A stretch of 16,439 nt of DNA from contig JBDRFG010000031.1 of NCBI GenBank assembly GCA_043819135.1, positions 1 to 16,439 of the forward strand. The letters run 5' to 3'. Under the pieces are notes generated by a model, which did not search any database, had not been told where the DNA came from, and was given only the letters and a program-made list of their open reading frames with translations. Made by a program: the position numbers and the translations under genes. Of this stretch, positions 1-8,218 are shown in pieces (the stretch's first letter is position 1; the number at the start of each line of letters is the position of its first letter). The DNA comes from Candidatus Eiseniibacteriota bacterium (GTDB taxonomy: Bacteria; Joyebacterota; Joyebacteria; Joyebacterales; Joyebacteraceae).

Positions 1-1
1 C

Positions 2-460
2 GAGATCAGAGACCTCGAGACGGTCCGCACGGCGCTGACGATGGCGGAGACCGGGCACCTGGTGCTGACGACGGTGCACACGAGCGAGGCGCCTCAGGCG
101 ATCAGCCGAATAGTCGATATCTTCCCGCCGCACGAGCAGCAGGGTGTGCGGACGCAGATATCGCTGTCGCTGCAGGCCGTTCTTGTGCAGCAGCTGCTTC
201 CCGACGCCAGCGGAATCGGCCGTGTGCTCGCCACCGAGCTGATGGTGGCGAACGCGGCGGTCAGGAATCTCATACGCGAGAACAACCTTCAGCAGCTTCG
301 GTCGGCGATCGAGACGGGTTCGAAGGACGGCATGCACAGCATGAACTCGTCACTTCTGAGGCTCGAGAGGGAGAAGCGCATCACGACCGACAAGGCGATC
401 GCCTCGTCGAACGACATCAAGGGAATCATGCGAGAGCTCGCGAGGCCCGTGAGGGCCTAG
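2..460 (+). CDS. pilT: Type IV pilus retraction ATPase PilT, C-terminal part (5' end outside window)
   Basis: Frame is open from base 2: EIRDLETVRTALTMAETGHLVLTTVHT (end of Walker B, His box), RIVDIFP and the PilT AIRNLIRE motif as AVRNLIRE. Lies directly upstream of pilC. Confidence 0.92.
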   Translation, partial: EIRDLETVRTALTMAETGHLVLTTVHTSEAPQAISRIVDIFPPHEQQGVRTQISLSLQAVLVQQLLPDASGIGRVLATELMVANAAVRNLIRENNLQQLRSAIETGSKDGMHSMNSSLLRLEREKRITTDKAIASSNDIKGIMRELARPVRA

Positions 461-499
461 CGCGAGGCCGCCCGGACGACGAAGCAGAGGAAACGGGAT

Positions 500-1702
500 A
501 TGCCTGAGTTCATGTTCACGGCCAAGACGGCGAACGGCAAGACGGTCCAGGGGACCAGATTCGCGGAGAGCGAAATGTCGCTCGTCTCGAGTCTGCGCAG
601 GGAGGAGCTGGTCGTCGTGGCCGTAACTCCCGCTCCGATGAAGGCACCGCGCGCCAAGAAGGGCAAGAAGGTCAAGACGAAGGACCTGGCCATTTTTTGC
701 CGTCAGATCAGTGCAATGCTCGGTGCGGGCCTGCCCGTACTCGAGTCCATCCAGAGCATAGCCGATCAGTCCGACCATGTAATCCTGGCGAAGGTGCTCC
801 GGGAGATATCCGTGGACGTGGAGGGAGGCTCCACCCTTCACGCGGCCTTCGGCAAGCACTCGAAGGTCTTCTCGACGCTCTTCACGTCGATGATTCGCGC
901 TGGGGAGGAGTCCGGTGCACTGCCGAACGTGCTCAAGAGGCTGGGGGACTACCTCGAGGCCAAGGACGCGTTGGCCGGGAAGATCCGCGCCGCGTCTGCA
1001 TACCCCGCGTTCATCGCAGGGTTTTTCATCATGGCTGTGGCGGGGATCATGTTGTTCCTGATCCCGCAGTTCGAGAGCATCTTCGAGAGCTTCGACCTCG
1101 AACTTCCCGCCTTGACCAAGTTCCTCATGGCAACGTCGCGGTTCGTCGGGCGATATCTCGTCTACGAAATTGTGCTGGCCGGCGTCGGGCTCTACGGTTT
1201 CTTCAAGTGGCACAAGACGCCCGGCGGCAAGAGCAGGGTCGACGCCTGGCTGCTCAAGGCTCCGGTCTTCGGGAAGCTGATTCTGAAGGCTGCCGTGGCG
1301 CGCTTCAGTAGCACGCTCGGGACGCTGATGGAGAACGGCGTCTCTGTCGTCGCCGCTCTGGAGATCGTCGGGCAGACGTCCGGCAACGCGGTGGTCAAGG
1401 TCGCCGTGGACAACGTCGCCCGTGGCGTGGTCGGCGGATCCACCATCGCGGAGAAGCTCGCGGAGTCCCAGGTGTTCCCCAAGATGGTCATCAGCATGGT
1501 GGCCGCGGGAGAGAGCTCCGGAAACCTGCCGGAGATGCTCAGCAAGATATCCGATTTCTACACGCGTGAAGTCGACGCGGCAATAAGCGGGCTGACCTCG
1601 ATGATCGAGCCGATTCTCATCGTGGGACTCGGTGCGATCGTCACTGTGGTCGTGCTCGCCATCTACCTACCGATATTCCAGATGGCGACTGGAATCGGAT
1701 AG
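500..1702 (+). CDS. pilC: Type IV pilus inner-membrane platform protein PilC (GspF family)
   Basis: 400 aa with two GspF repeats (FCRQISAMLGAGLP..RAGEESGAL; AGESSGNL..IEP), the YPAF TM segment and C-terminal YLPIF. GAGG SD upstream. Confidence 0.96.
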   Translation: MPEFMFTAKTANGKTVQGTRFAESEMSLVSSLRREELVVVAVTPAPMKAPRAKKGKKVKTKDLAIFCRQISAMLGAGLPVLESIQSIADQSDHVILAKVLREISVDVEGGSTLHAAFGKHSKVFSTLFTSMIRAGEESGALPNVLKRLGDYLEAKDALAGKIRAASAYPAFIAGFFIMAVAGIMLFLIPQFESIFESFDLELPALTKFLMATSRFVGRYLVYEIVLAGVGLYGFFKWHKTPGGKSRVDAWLLKAPVFGKLILKAAVARFSSTLGTLMENGVSVVAALEIVGQTSGNAVVKVAVDNVARGVVGGSTIAEKLAESQVFPKMVISMVAAGESSGNLPEMLSKISDFYTREVDAAISGLTSMIEPILIVGLGAIVTVVVLAIYLPIFQMATGIG

Positions 1703-1749
1703 GTGGGCAACCAGGGGACCTTCAGAGAGCAGGAAGGAGGTGAGTACAA

Positions 1750-2181
1750 ATGCTGCGCAAGAACCAGGGTGGTTTCACACTCGTCGAGTTGATGATCGTT
1801 GTCATCATCGTCGGGATCCTGGCCGCGGTGGCCATTCCGATGTATCAGGGCGCAACTGAGCGCGCCAAGGCGTCGGAGGCGGTGGCTGCCCTCGGCACGA
1901 TCCGCGGTGCGATGCGGGTCTACTACGCCGAGCACGGCACGTACGTGAACGCTGCGTTCATCGACGGCGCACTCGTGACGGCCGGTAGCGTGCTGGATTG
2001 CAGCACGAACGATCTTCTTGGTAGGTACTTCAGCGGTGCGTGCTACACGTTCGACGGCGCCCCGACGGCTACGGCCTACAGCATCGAGTGCCTTGGATCG
2101 GCAAGTGCCGCTCCATACGCAAGCGAGGTTGCCACTATCGTACGGTCGATCGATCATCAGGGCACCATCACGAACAGCTAG
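1750..2181 (+). CDS. pilA: Type IVa major pilin 1
   Basis: Prepilin site MLRKNQGG|FTLVELMIVV with Glu5, AIPMY, ERAKASEA and a C-terminal Cys pair. Strong AAGGAGGT SD. Confidence 0.93.
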   Translation: MLRKNQGGFTLVELMIVVIIVGILAAVAIPMYQGATERAKASEAVAALGTIRGAMRVYYAEHGTYVNAAFIDGALVTAGSVLDCSTNDLLGRYFSGACYTFDGAPTATAYSIECLGSASAAPYASEVATIVRSIDHQGTITNS

Positions 2182-2205
2182 TTCGTGTTGTCAATCTGTC
2201 ATGAG

Positions 2206-2235
2206 CGGGGGTGGCGCCCTCGTGGGCCACCCCCG
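2206..2235 (+). terminator. GC-rich hairpin after pilin 1 (terminator/attenuator or mRNA-stabilising stem)
   Basis: 10-bp stem CGGGGGTGGC/GCCACCCCCG about 25 nt after the stop. No clear U-tract. Confidence 0.5.
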
Positions 2236-2316
2236 ATTCGAAGGGGGCGGGACTTAAAGAGAGTTGCTAAGGCTGGGTTTGACCTGATTCGGTCGGAGAC
2301 AGCACTCACGATCCGG

Positions 2317-2416
2317 CAGAGAGCAGGACAAGGGCGCGCTTCCGGCGCCGGCAGCGGCTGACGTGTCAAGTGTCGTGCCGCATATCGATCAGGACGGGAA
2401 CGTGGCCAGGACCTGA
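2317..2416 (+). pseudogene. Internally deleted, frameshifted remnant of a third major pilin gene
   Basis: 2345-2416 translates as APAAADVSSVVPHIDQDGNVART*, aligning ungapped with the pilin 2 C-terminus APFGSEVSSIVVTIDQDGELTRVF*. There is a 15-nt exact match (2384-2398 = 2848-2862), and 2317-2328 copies the pilin 1 leader at 1723-1734. Confidence 0.75.
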
Positions 2417-2445
2417 CAAGGTCCTTAGTGTGAGGAGTGGATGTC

Positions 2446-2883
2446 ATGTCCGGGCGGAACCAGCGGGGTTTCACACTCGTCGAACTGATGATCGTCGTCA
2501 CCATCATCGGGGTCCTGGCGACCGTTGCTATTCCGATGTACCAGGTGGTTCCCGAGCGCTCGAAATCGACCGAGGCCGTGACCGCCCTCGGCCTGATACG
2601 GAGCACAATGCGCGTCTACTACGTGGAACACGGAACCTTCGCGAACGGCGCGGTCTTCACGGACGGTGCGCAGGTGACGAGTGGAGGGCTTCTGGGTGTC
2701 ACCGACGGCGACCTCTCGGGGCGCTACTTCAGCTCGGAGTGCTACACGTTCAACGGCGCTCCGACCGCGAACTCATTCACCGTCGAATGTGAAGGTCGGG
2801 TAAGCACCGCGCCCTTCGGGTCCGAGGTCTCGTCGATCGTCGTTACGATCGATCAGGACGGGGAACTGACGAGGGTCTTCTAG
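2446..2883 (+). CDS. pilA: Type IVa major pilin 2 (paralogue, ~60% identical to pilin 1 in the mature part)
   Basis: MSGRNQRG|FTLVELMIVV with Glu5 and the conserved CYTF...EC Cys pair. Start placed at ATG 2446 because GAGGAG (2432-2437) lies 8 nt upstream. Confidence 0.92.
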   Translation: MSGRNQRGFTLVELMIVVTIIGVLATVAIPMYQVVPERSKSTEAVTALGLIRSTMRVYYVEHGTFANGAVFTDGAQVTSGGLLGVTDGDLSGRYFSSECYTFNGAPTANSFTVECEGRVSTAPFGSEVSSIVVTIDQDGELTRVF

Positions 2884-2965
2884 GGGGACTCTGAGCGGAG
2901 CCCTCTGACGGACCTGACGTCCGGCCGTAGGTATCGAAGGCTCAGACAAGTGGGGGAATGCGGAG

Positions 2966-3988
2966 TTGCGACGAAACGAACACCATAGGGGGTTGGTGGG
3001 CATCGACATCGGCAGCACTTCGGTGAAACTGGTCGAGCTCTCTGGATCTCCGCAGTCGTTCACGCTCGAGAACATCTCGGTCGTCGCCGTTCCGGAGGAG
3101 GCGTCCGCGTCCGCCTACGAGTGGGCCGTATCGCTTGTACTCGAGGGCAAGGACCTCTCCACGAGCCGTGTGGCGACATCCGTCAGCGGACGCAAAGTGG
3201 CAGTGAGGGGAATGCGCTTCCCCGCGCTCGCCAAGGCCGAGCTCGACGGCGCTCTGCGCTACGAGGGCAGCCAGGTCATAGCGTTCGAGCTGCACGGTTC
3301 TTATCTTGACCACCACGTTGTCGAGTCCGAGCGGACGAAGGCCGGACTCATGGACGTGCTGTTCGTCGCCGCGCGCAAGGAGGCCGTCGACCCCAAGATT
3401 TCCGTGCTCGAGCAGGTCGGACTCGAGCCGAGAGTGGTTGGCGTCGACGCCCTGGTGCTGCTTGATGCCCTTCTATTGAAAGAGGATCTGCCTGATACCT
3501 GTGGCGTGATCAGCATCGGGGCTTCGAACACGAGCATCGGAATCGCCCGCGAGAGGACCGTGCCGTTCGTTCGGGACATCGAGATCGGCGGCAGCAACTA
3601 CACGCAGGCAGTCGCGAATGCGCTGTCCATCTCGCTCGAGGACGCCGAGAAAGTGAAGGTAATGGAGCCAGAACGGGACATGGCTTCCGCCAGGGCCATA
3701 GAGCGCGTGACTCGCCAGCTGGTCGGCGAGCTCTCTCGCTCCCTGATGTACTACCAGACGAGAGGGGATGGGTCCCAGGTAGGTGCGCTCTACATGTGTG
3801 GAGGAGCGTCGGCCATACCGGGGCTTGGCGACGCCATCTCGGAAGCGGCAGGAATAGAGGTTCACAGCTGGAGTCCCCTCGACGGCGTCTTCGTCGATGA
3901 TGCGCGATTCGACGCGGAGGCCGTCAGGAGACTCTCTTCGGTATCGTCGCTGGCAGCGGCGTTGGCCATGCAGCAGGATCCTAACTAG
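2966..3988 (+). CDS. pilM: Type IV pilus assembly protein PilM (actin/FtsA-like)
   Basis: VGIDIGSTSVKLVEL phosphate-1 motif, VLFVAARKE, ISIGASNT, RDIEIGG, AEKVK, YMCGGASAIPGL. TTG start with GGGGGA 8 nt upstream. Confidence 0.95.
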   Translation: MRRNEHHRGLVGIDIGSTSVKLVELSGSPQSFTLENISVVAVPEEASASAYEWAVSLVLEGKDLSTSRVATSVSGRKVAVRGMRFPALAKAELDGALRYEGSQVIAFELHGSYLDHHVVESERTKAGLMDVLFVAARKEAVDPKISVLEQVGLEPRVVGVDALVLLDALLLKEDLPDTCGVISIGASNTSIGIARERTVPFVRDIEIGGSNYTQAVANALSISLEDAEKVKVMEPERDMASARAIERVTRQLVGELSRSLMYYQTRGDGSQVGALYMCGGASAIPGLGDAISEAAGIEVHSWSPLDGVFVDDARFDAEAVRRLSSVSSLAAALAMQQDPN

Positions 3989-3991
3989 CGA

Positions 3992-4606
3992 ATGTACGAC
4001 ATCAACTTCATAAGACAGCGGATCGTCCCCGAGAGCCGGAAGAAGGTCATCATGGCCATCTTGTCCGTCTCTGCGCTCGCCCTTGGGCTGACCCTGGCGA
4101 GCATCGGCACAATCTCCTTGGCCGATTTCCGCATGACAAGCGTGTACGCGGCCGAGGTTGTCGAGCTACAGAAGCAGATGTCAACTCGGTACCCCGGCAT
4201 CCCGAGTCTGGATGAACTCGAGACGATCATTGGCAGAACCGAGCCGCACCTGAAGGACATCGGGAAGATCGTGGACGCGCGCACTCGGTTCACGCCCGTC
4301 TGGGAGAGGATCGCGATGGCCGTACCAGAGGGCGTATGGCTGACCAGAGTCAGCGTCGCGGACCCCAGAGGTGCGGCGGATGAAGTGAAAGGCAAAGCAC
4401 GTTCGTTCAGGGGAATCATGATCGAGGGTGTCGCCCTGGCCGGCCGAGGTCCAGAGGGAGACCAGGCGGTCGGAGCGTTTGTCGATAACCTCAAGAACGA
4501 TGAAGAACTGCGGGACATCGTCAAGGGCGTCGAGTTCATGGGAACGGGACTCGAGCAGGTTGGCGGTACGAGCATCATAGGTTTCGAGATCACCTGCCCG
4601 TTCTAG
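3992..4606 (+). CDS. pilN: Type IV pilus assembly protein PilN
   Basis: N-terminal DINFI (variant of the PilM-binding INLLP motif), one TM helix, coiled region, VPEGVWLT, IEGVA and FVDNL. Follows pilM. Confidence 0.85.
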   Translation: MYDINFIRQRIVPESRKKVIMAILSVSALALGLTLASIGTISLADFRMTSVYAAEVVELQKQMSTRYPGIPSLDELETIIGRTEPHLKDIGKIVDARTRFTPVWERIAMAVPEGVWLTRVSVADPRGAADEVKGKARSFRGIMIEGVALAGRGPEGDQAVGAFVDNLKNDEELRDIVKGVEFMGTGLEQVGGTSIIGFEITCPF

Positions 4607-4658
4607 TCGACGCGCGTTGTCGTGTGGCGATCGGGATCCGGGCGCAGCGGGAGAAGAC

Positions 4659-5420
4659 GTGGACACTACTGGCGGCATCGAGCGCAGACCGGCGGATGAG
4701 GGCGCAGCGCGACCGGACAAGCTGGACGCGGTGTCACTCGATCCGATCGCGGAGACCGCGGGCGCCGACGACATCGAGGTCATCGGTGCCGCATCGAGCG
4801 TGGCGGGAAGCGCCGCCGGCGACTCCGAGAGCGATGCGCCCGTTGCCGCGGGCGGGCTGACGAAGGTCCGCGGCATGCTGCAGTTCAAGGTCGACGCCGC
4901 CTCGCTGAAGGCCTCCTGGCGGGCGAATTCCATTGGCCGTGTCGCCCTGTTGGCCGTGTGCGGATACGCGCTTTGTGTCGGCGCCGCGTACTTCTTCCTG
5001 ATGCAGCCGCTCGGCACGAATCTGCACAAGGTCAAGGAACAGAAGAGCATTCTCCACGACTACGCGGTCATCCAGCAAGCGGGCGCCGCCATCGGCTCGT
5101 TCAAGGACGGGCTGATGACCGGCGACCAAAGACTGACCGTCATGTCCGAGGTCAATCAGATGGCCGAGAGATCAGGTGTGAAGATAGTAGGGGATCCCGA
5201 CCTGCTTCTCAGACGCGACATCTCGTCTGATTTCGTTGAGTACCCCGTGAGACTTCGTGTCAGGGGCACGTTCCACGAAATGGGCAACTTCCTGTCTCTT
5301 CTCGAGAGCTCCGCAAGGTTCGTTCTCGTGGAGGAGGTCGAGATCAGATCAGAAGTGGGAAGCAGGGATCGCGATAGCGAGGCTACGGTGCTTCTCGCAC
5401 TCGCGGCATGGGAGGGATAG
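4659..5420 (+). CDS. pilO: Type IV pilus assembly protein PilO with probable acidic N-terminal extension
   Basis: TM helix followed by EYPVRLRVRGTFHEMGNFLSLLESSARFVLVEEVEI, typical of PilO. Start uncertain: TTG 4617, GTG 4659 (GGGAG 5 nt upstream, preferred) or ATG 4875. Confidence 0.85.
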   Translation: MDTTGGIERRPADEGAARPDKLDAVSLDPIAETAGADDIEVIGAASSVAGSAAGDSESDAPVAAGGLTKVRGMLQFKVDAASLKASWRANSIGRVALLAVCGYALCVGAAYFFLMQPLGTNLHKVKEQKSILHDYAVIQQAGAAIGSFKDGLMTGDQRLTVMSEVNQMAERSGVKIVGDPDLLLRRDISSDFVEYPVRLRVRGTFHEMGNFLSLLESSARFVLVEEVEIRSEVGSRDRDSEATVLLALAAWEG

Positions 5421-5423
5421 GGT

Positions 5424-5966
5424 TTGGGCCTGACACTGCCGACACAGATGACCAGTTACGTTGCGAAGCTCCGCGAGAACGCGAAGCTCATCGCGGCCAC
5501 ACTGTCCGCGATCACGGCGATGACTGCTGCCATAGTGACCTTCGCGTCGGGCAGTGGCGGAGTCGACCAGCTGCGTGCCGAAGACAACGTAAGGTGGGGC
5601 GGTCCCGTGGGCCTGCTGGACTCGGACTACCAGCACCTCGTGACCGTGGGCAAGATAGGCAGAGCGAGCAGAGTCGGCGAGTACGTTGCCGGGGACGCCA
5701 GGGATCCAATGGTGGCGCCCAAAGGCGCGCTCAAGGCCGCGCCGTCGCCGCAGCCCGAAGGCCCGATGAACGTCCCAGCACCGACCACACTTCCGAACAT
5801 GTGGCTCTCCGGGATCATATGGGACCTGAAGAACCCCATTGTCATGATAGATGGGCTTGATCTCCGCGTAGGCGATCGAATTAAGGGAGCAAGGGTCGAG
5901 GAGATCAGAATTGACAGCGTGGTGTTGTCGTATGCGTCAAAGGAGTACGTGCTGACCGTCGACTAG
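5424..5966 (+). CDS. PilP/GspC-HR-like periplasmic alignment protein
   Basis: Sits between pilO and the secretin. N-terminal hydrophobic segment, RDPM (PilP RDPF-like), Pro-rich linker and beta-domain LSGIIW..VGDRIKGARVEEIRIDSVVL. TTG start with GGAGG 8 nt upstream. Confidence 0.7.
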   Translation: MGLTLPTQMTSYVAKLRENAKLIAATLSAITAMTAAIVTFASGSGGVDQLRAEDNVRWGGPVGLLDSDYQHLVTVGKIGRASRVGEYVAGDARDPMVAPKGALKAAPSPQPEGPMNVPAPTTLPNMWLSGIIWDLKNPIVMIDGLDLRVGDRIKGARVEEIRIDSVVLSYASKEYVLTVD

Positions 5967-5976
5967 GAGGAACGAC

Positions 5977-7401
5977 ATGATGGTCCGGAAGCCAGTTCGC
6001 AGCGTATATCGCTTTCTCATGATACTCGCGGTGGTCGCAGCCATGCTCGTTACGACGAGCTCGGCGGCCTGGTCGCAGGATACGGCGGCCGACGCGGGAG
6101 CGAGGGAGCGGAGCGGGAGATTGTCACTGAATCTGACGAGCGTGACCCTGGGCAGTGTGCTCAAGGTCATGACGCAGAAGACAGGAATCAACTTCCTCAT
6201 CGGGAGCGATCTGACGGGCAAGACGATCAACGTCTACCTGGAGGACGTCCTGGTAGAGGACGCCCTGGCCGCGATCATGAAGGCCAACGGTCTGTGGTAC
6301 ACGCGCCAGAAGGGCACGAACATTTACGTGATCATGGAGTCGCCCGACGGCCCGCCGGTCGCCACAACGACCGAGGTATTTCATACTGACTACGCCGACG
6401 CGGTCATGCTGCAGCCCACGATCGAGGCAGTGCTGACCGAGGTCGGCAAGGTCGTCGTGGACCAGCGAACCAACGCGATCGTCGTGTCAGACATACCGGA
6501 GAACATGTCGACGATCGAGTCGATCGTGCGAGAGCTCGACAACCCGACGGGACAGGTTCTCATCGAAGCCCAGATCATTGAGGTGGCTGATGACGCCAAT
6601 CTCGACCTTGGCGTCGAGTGGGGCTACGCCGACTATGATCCGGCATCGGGAGCGTCGTACGGGGGCGGGTTCAACTACGTCAACCAGTGGGAGCACGAGA
6701 CGGTGAAGAACGAAGAGACTGGCCTGTACGAGACTGTCTCGACCTTGGTGGAGAACAAGGCGATGGAGGGTCTGCTGGACCTCAGCTTCGGCAAGTGGGG
6801 CTCCTTCCTCGACGGATTCCAGAACATCAGCGGGCGCATCAGGGCGATGGAGCGTGACGGAGTCGCCAAGGTGCTTGCCACGCCGCAGATCCTGACTATC
6901 GATAACCAGGAAGCGCTTATCGCCATCACTTCACACATCGCGATGGCCAGGAAGACGACCGTCTCGCCCGAGGGAACGATCACCATCGAGCCCATCTACG
7001 GCGATGTCGGCGTCACACTCAAGGTCACTCCTCACGTCAACAACGACGATTTCGTTACCATGACCATCGAGCCTGAGGTAAGCTCAGCGTCGCGATCGGC
7101 CTATTTCCCGGATGAGGCCGTAGACACGAGGAAGAGGACGGCCAAGACGACGGTGATGGCGCAGGATGGTGAGACGATCGTCATCGGCGGTCTCCTCCGA
7201 AAGGACATCAACGAGACTCACTTCAAGGTGCCGATTCTCGGCGACATCCCGCTGCTCGGGCGGCTATTCCGCAAGAGCGTCGAGAGCGAAGTTGATTCTG
7301 AGGTCCTAGTCTTCCTCACTCCGAGGATTCTCGGTCCAGAGGCGCTCAAGCGGATCACCGACCAGAAGACCTTAAGGCTCAGGGAGCTGATGGAGGACTA
7401 G
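5977..7401 (+). CDS. pilQ: Type IV pilus secretin PilQ (short form)
   Basis: Signal peptide, N0/STN-like domain, N3 domain (VVVDQRTNAIVVSD..LDNPTGQVLIEAQIIEV) and secretin core (PQILTIDNQEA, DVGVTLKVTP, GETIVIGGL, KVPILGDIPLLGRLF, VFLTPRI). AGGAGG SD. Confidence 0.95.
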   Translation: MMVRKPVRSVYRFLMILAVVAAMLVTTSSAAWSQDTAADAGARERSGRLSLNLTSVTLGSVLKVMTQKTGINFLIGSDLTGKTINVYLEDVLVEDALAAIMKANGLWYTRQKGTNIYVIMESPDGPPVATTTEVFHTDYADAVMLQPTIEAVLTEVGKVVVDQRTNAIVVSDIPENMSTIESIVRELDNPTGQVLIEAQIIEVADDANLDLGVEWGYADYDPASGASYGGGFNYVNQWEHETVKNEETGLYETVSTLVENKAMEGLLDLSFGKWGSFLDGFQNISGRIRAMERDGVAKVLATPQILTIDNQEALIAITSHIAMARKTTVSPEGTITIEPIYGDVGVTLKVTPHVNNDDFVTMTIEPEVSSASRSAYFPDEAVDTRKRTAKTTVMAQDGETIVIGGLLRKDINETHFKVPILGDIPLLGRLFRKSVESEVDSEVLVFLTPRILGPEALKRITDQKTLRLRELMED

Positions 7402-7404
7402 TAG

Positions 7405-8166
7405 TTGACGGAAGCGGCTCTATTCATCATCGGGTCAATACTGGGGAGCTTCTTCAACGTAGTCATTTATCGGGTGCCGCGCGGCGAGTCCATCATCAGG
7501 CCTCCATCGGCCTGTCCCGCCTGCGGCACCCGCCTTCATGCCCGGGACAACGTTCCCGTGCTCGGCTACCTGATGCTCCACGGACGGTGCAGGTACTGCG
7601 CGGCGCCCATCTCCGCTCGCTACCCGACCGTTGAGGTCCTCTCCGGAGCACTCCCTGTTCTCTTCTTCGTGCGGTTCGGAGCCAGCGCTCCCTTCTACGT
7701 GTTCTGGTCGTTGTCCTGCGTGCTCCTGGTGCTCTCGTTCATCGATCTGGACCTCCGCATAATCCCTGACAAGGTCACTCTGCCCGGCATCGCGGTCGGA
7801 CTCGTGGTCGCCCCGCTTGTCGGGCTGCTGGGATTCTGGGGATCACTGCTGGGAGTCCTGGTGGGTGGTGGGGCGCTCTACCTGATAGGCGTTCTGGGCG
7901 AGCTCCTTCTGAAAAAGGAGAGCATGGGCGGCGGGGACGTCAAGCTGGCGGCCATGCTCGGAGCGTTCATGGGGTGGAAGCTGATCCTGGTCGCTCTCTT
8001 CATCGCCTTCCTGGTAGGGGCCGTCGTGGGCGTGATCGCGCTGGCCCGCAAGCCGAAGAACTGGGACAGCAGCCTGCCGTTCGGCCCGTTCATTGCCCTG
8101 GGCGCCGTGCTCGCGCTCCTGTGGGGCGAGTCTGCCATTCTGTGGTACTCGTCGCTCTTCGGGTAG
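7405..8166 (+). CDS. pilD: Prepilin peptidase/N-methyltransferase PilD
   Basis: GSFFNVVIYRVP, Zn-binding CPAC and CRYC, FIDL..IIPD, MGGGDVKL and PFGPF motifs. Confidence 0.97.
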   Translation: MTEAALFIIGSILGSFFNVVIYRVPRGESIIRPPSACPACGTRLHARDNVPVLGYLMLHGRCRYCAAPISARYPTVEVLSGALPVLFFVRFGASAPFYVFWSLSCVLLVLSFIDLDLRIIPDKVTLPGIAVGLVVAPLVGLLGFWGSLLGVLVGGGALYLIGVLGELLLKKESMGGGDVKLAAMLGAFMGWKLILVALFIAFLVGAVVGVIALARKPKNWDSSLPFGPFIALGAVLALLWGESAILWYSSLFG

Positions 8167-8180
8167 GTCACGCGTACGGA

Positions 8181-8212
8181 GAGCACATGCTGGAGTGAGC
8201 ACGTGCTGGAGC
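8181..8212. repeat. Tandem 16-bp direct repeat (2 copies)
   Basis: GAGCACATGCTGGAGT / GAGCACGTGCTGGAGC. The second copy contains the perfect palindrome AGCACGTGCT. Confidence 0.7.
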
Positions 8213-8218
8213 GAGAGA

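Noticed and set aside
2293..2316. Further pilin homology upstream of the remnant (SETALTIR vs TATAYSIE/TANSFTVE)
   Set aside because: Similarity is weak and the spacing to QGRAS does not fit. The 12-nt leader match at 2317-2328 explains the junction better.
458..7404. TAG recoded as an amino acid, producing fused Pil proteins
   Set aside because: No gene has an internal TAG, proteins end at family-typical C-termini, each downstream gene has its own plausible start, and a PilQ-PilD fusion is topologically implausible.
500..8166. Type II secretion system rather than type IV pilus
   Set aside because: PilT with the AIRNLIRE-type motif and separate PilM/PilN/PilO indicate a retractile type IVa pilus.
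8181..8212. CRISPR array
   Set aside because: Only two adjacent 16-bp units, no spacer and no cas genes.
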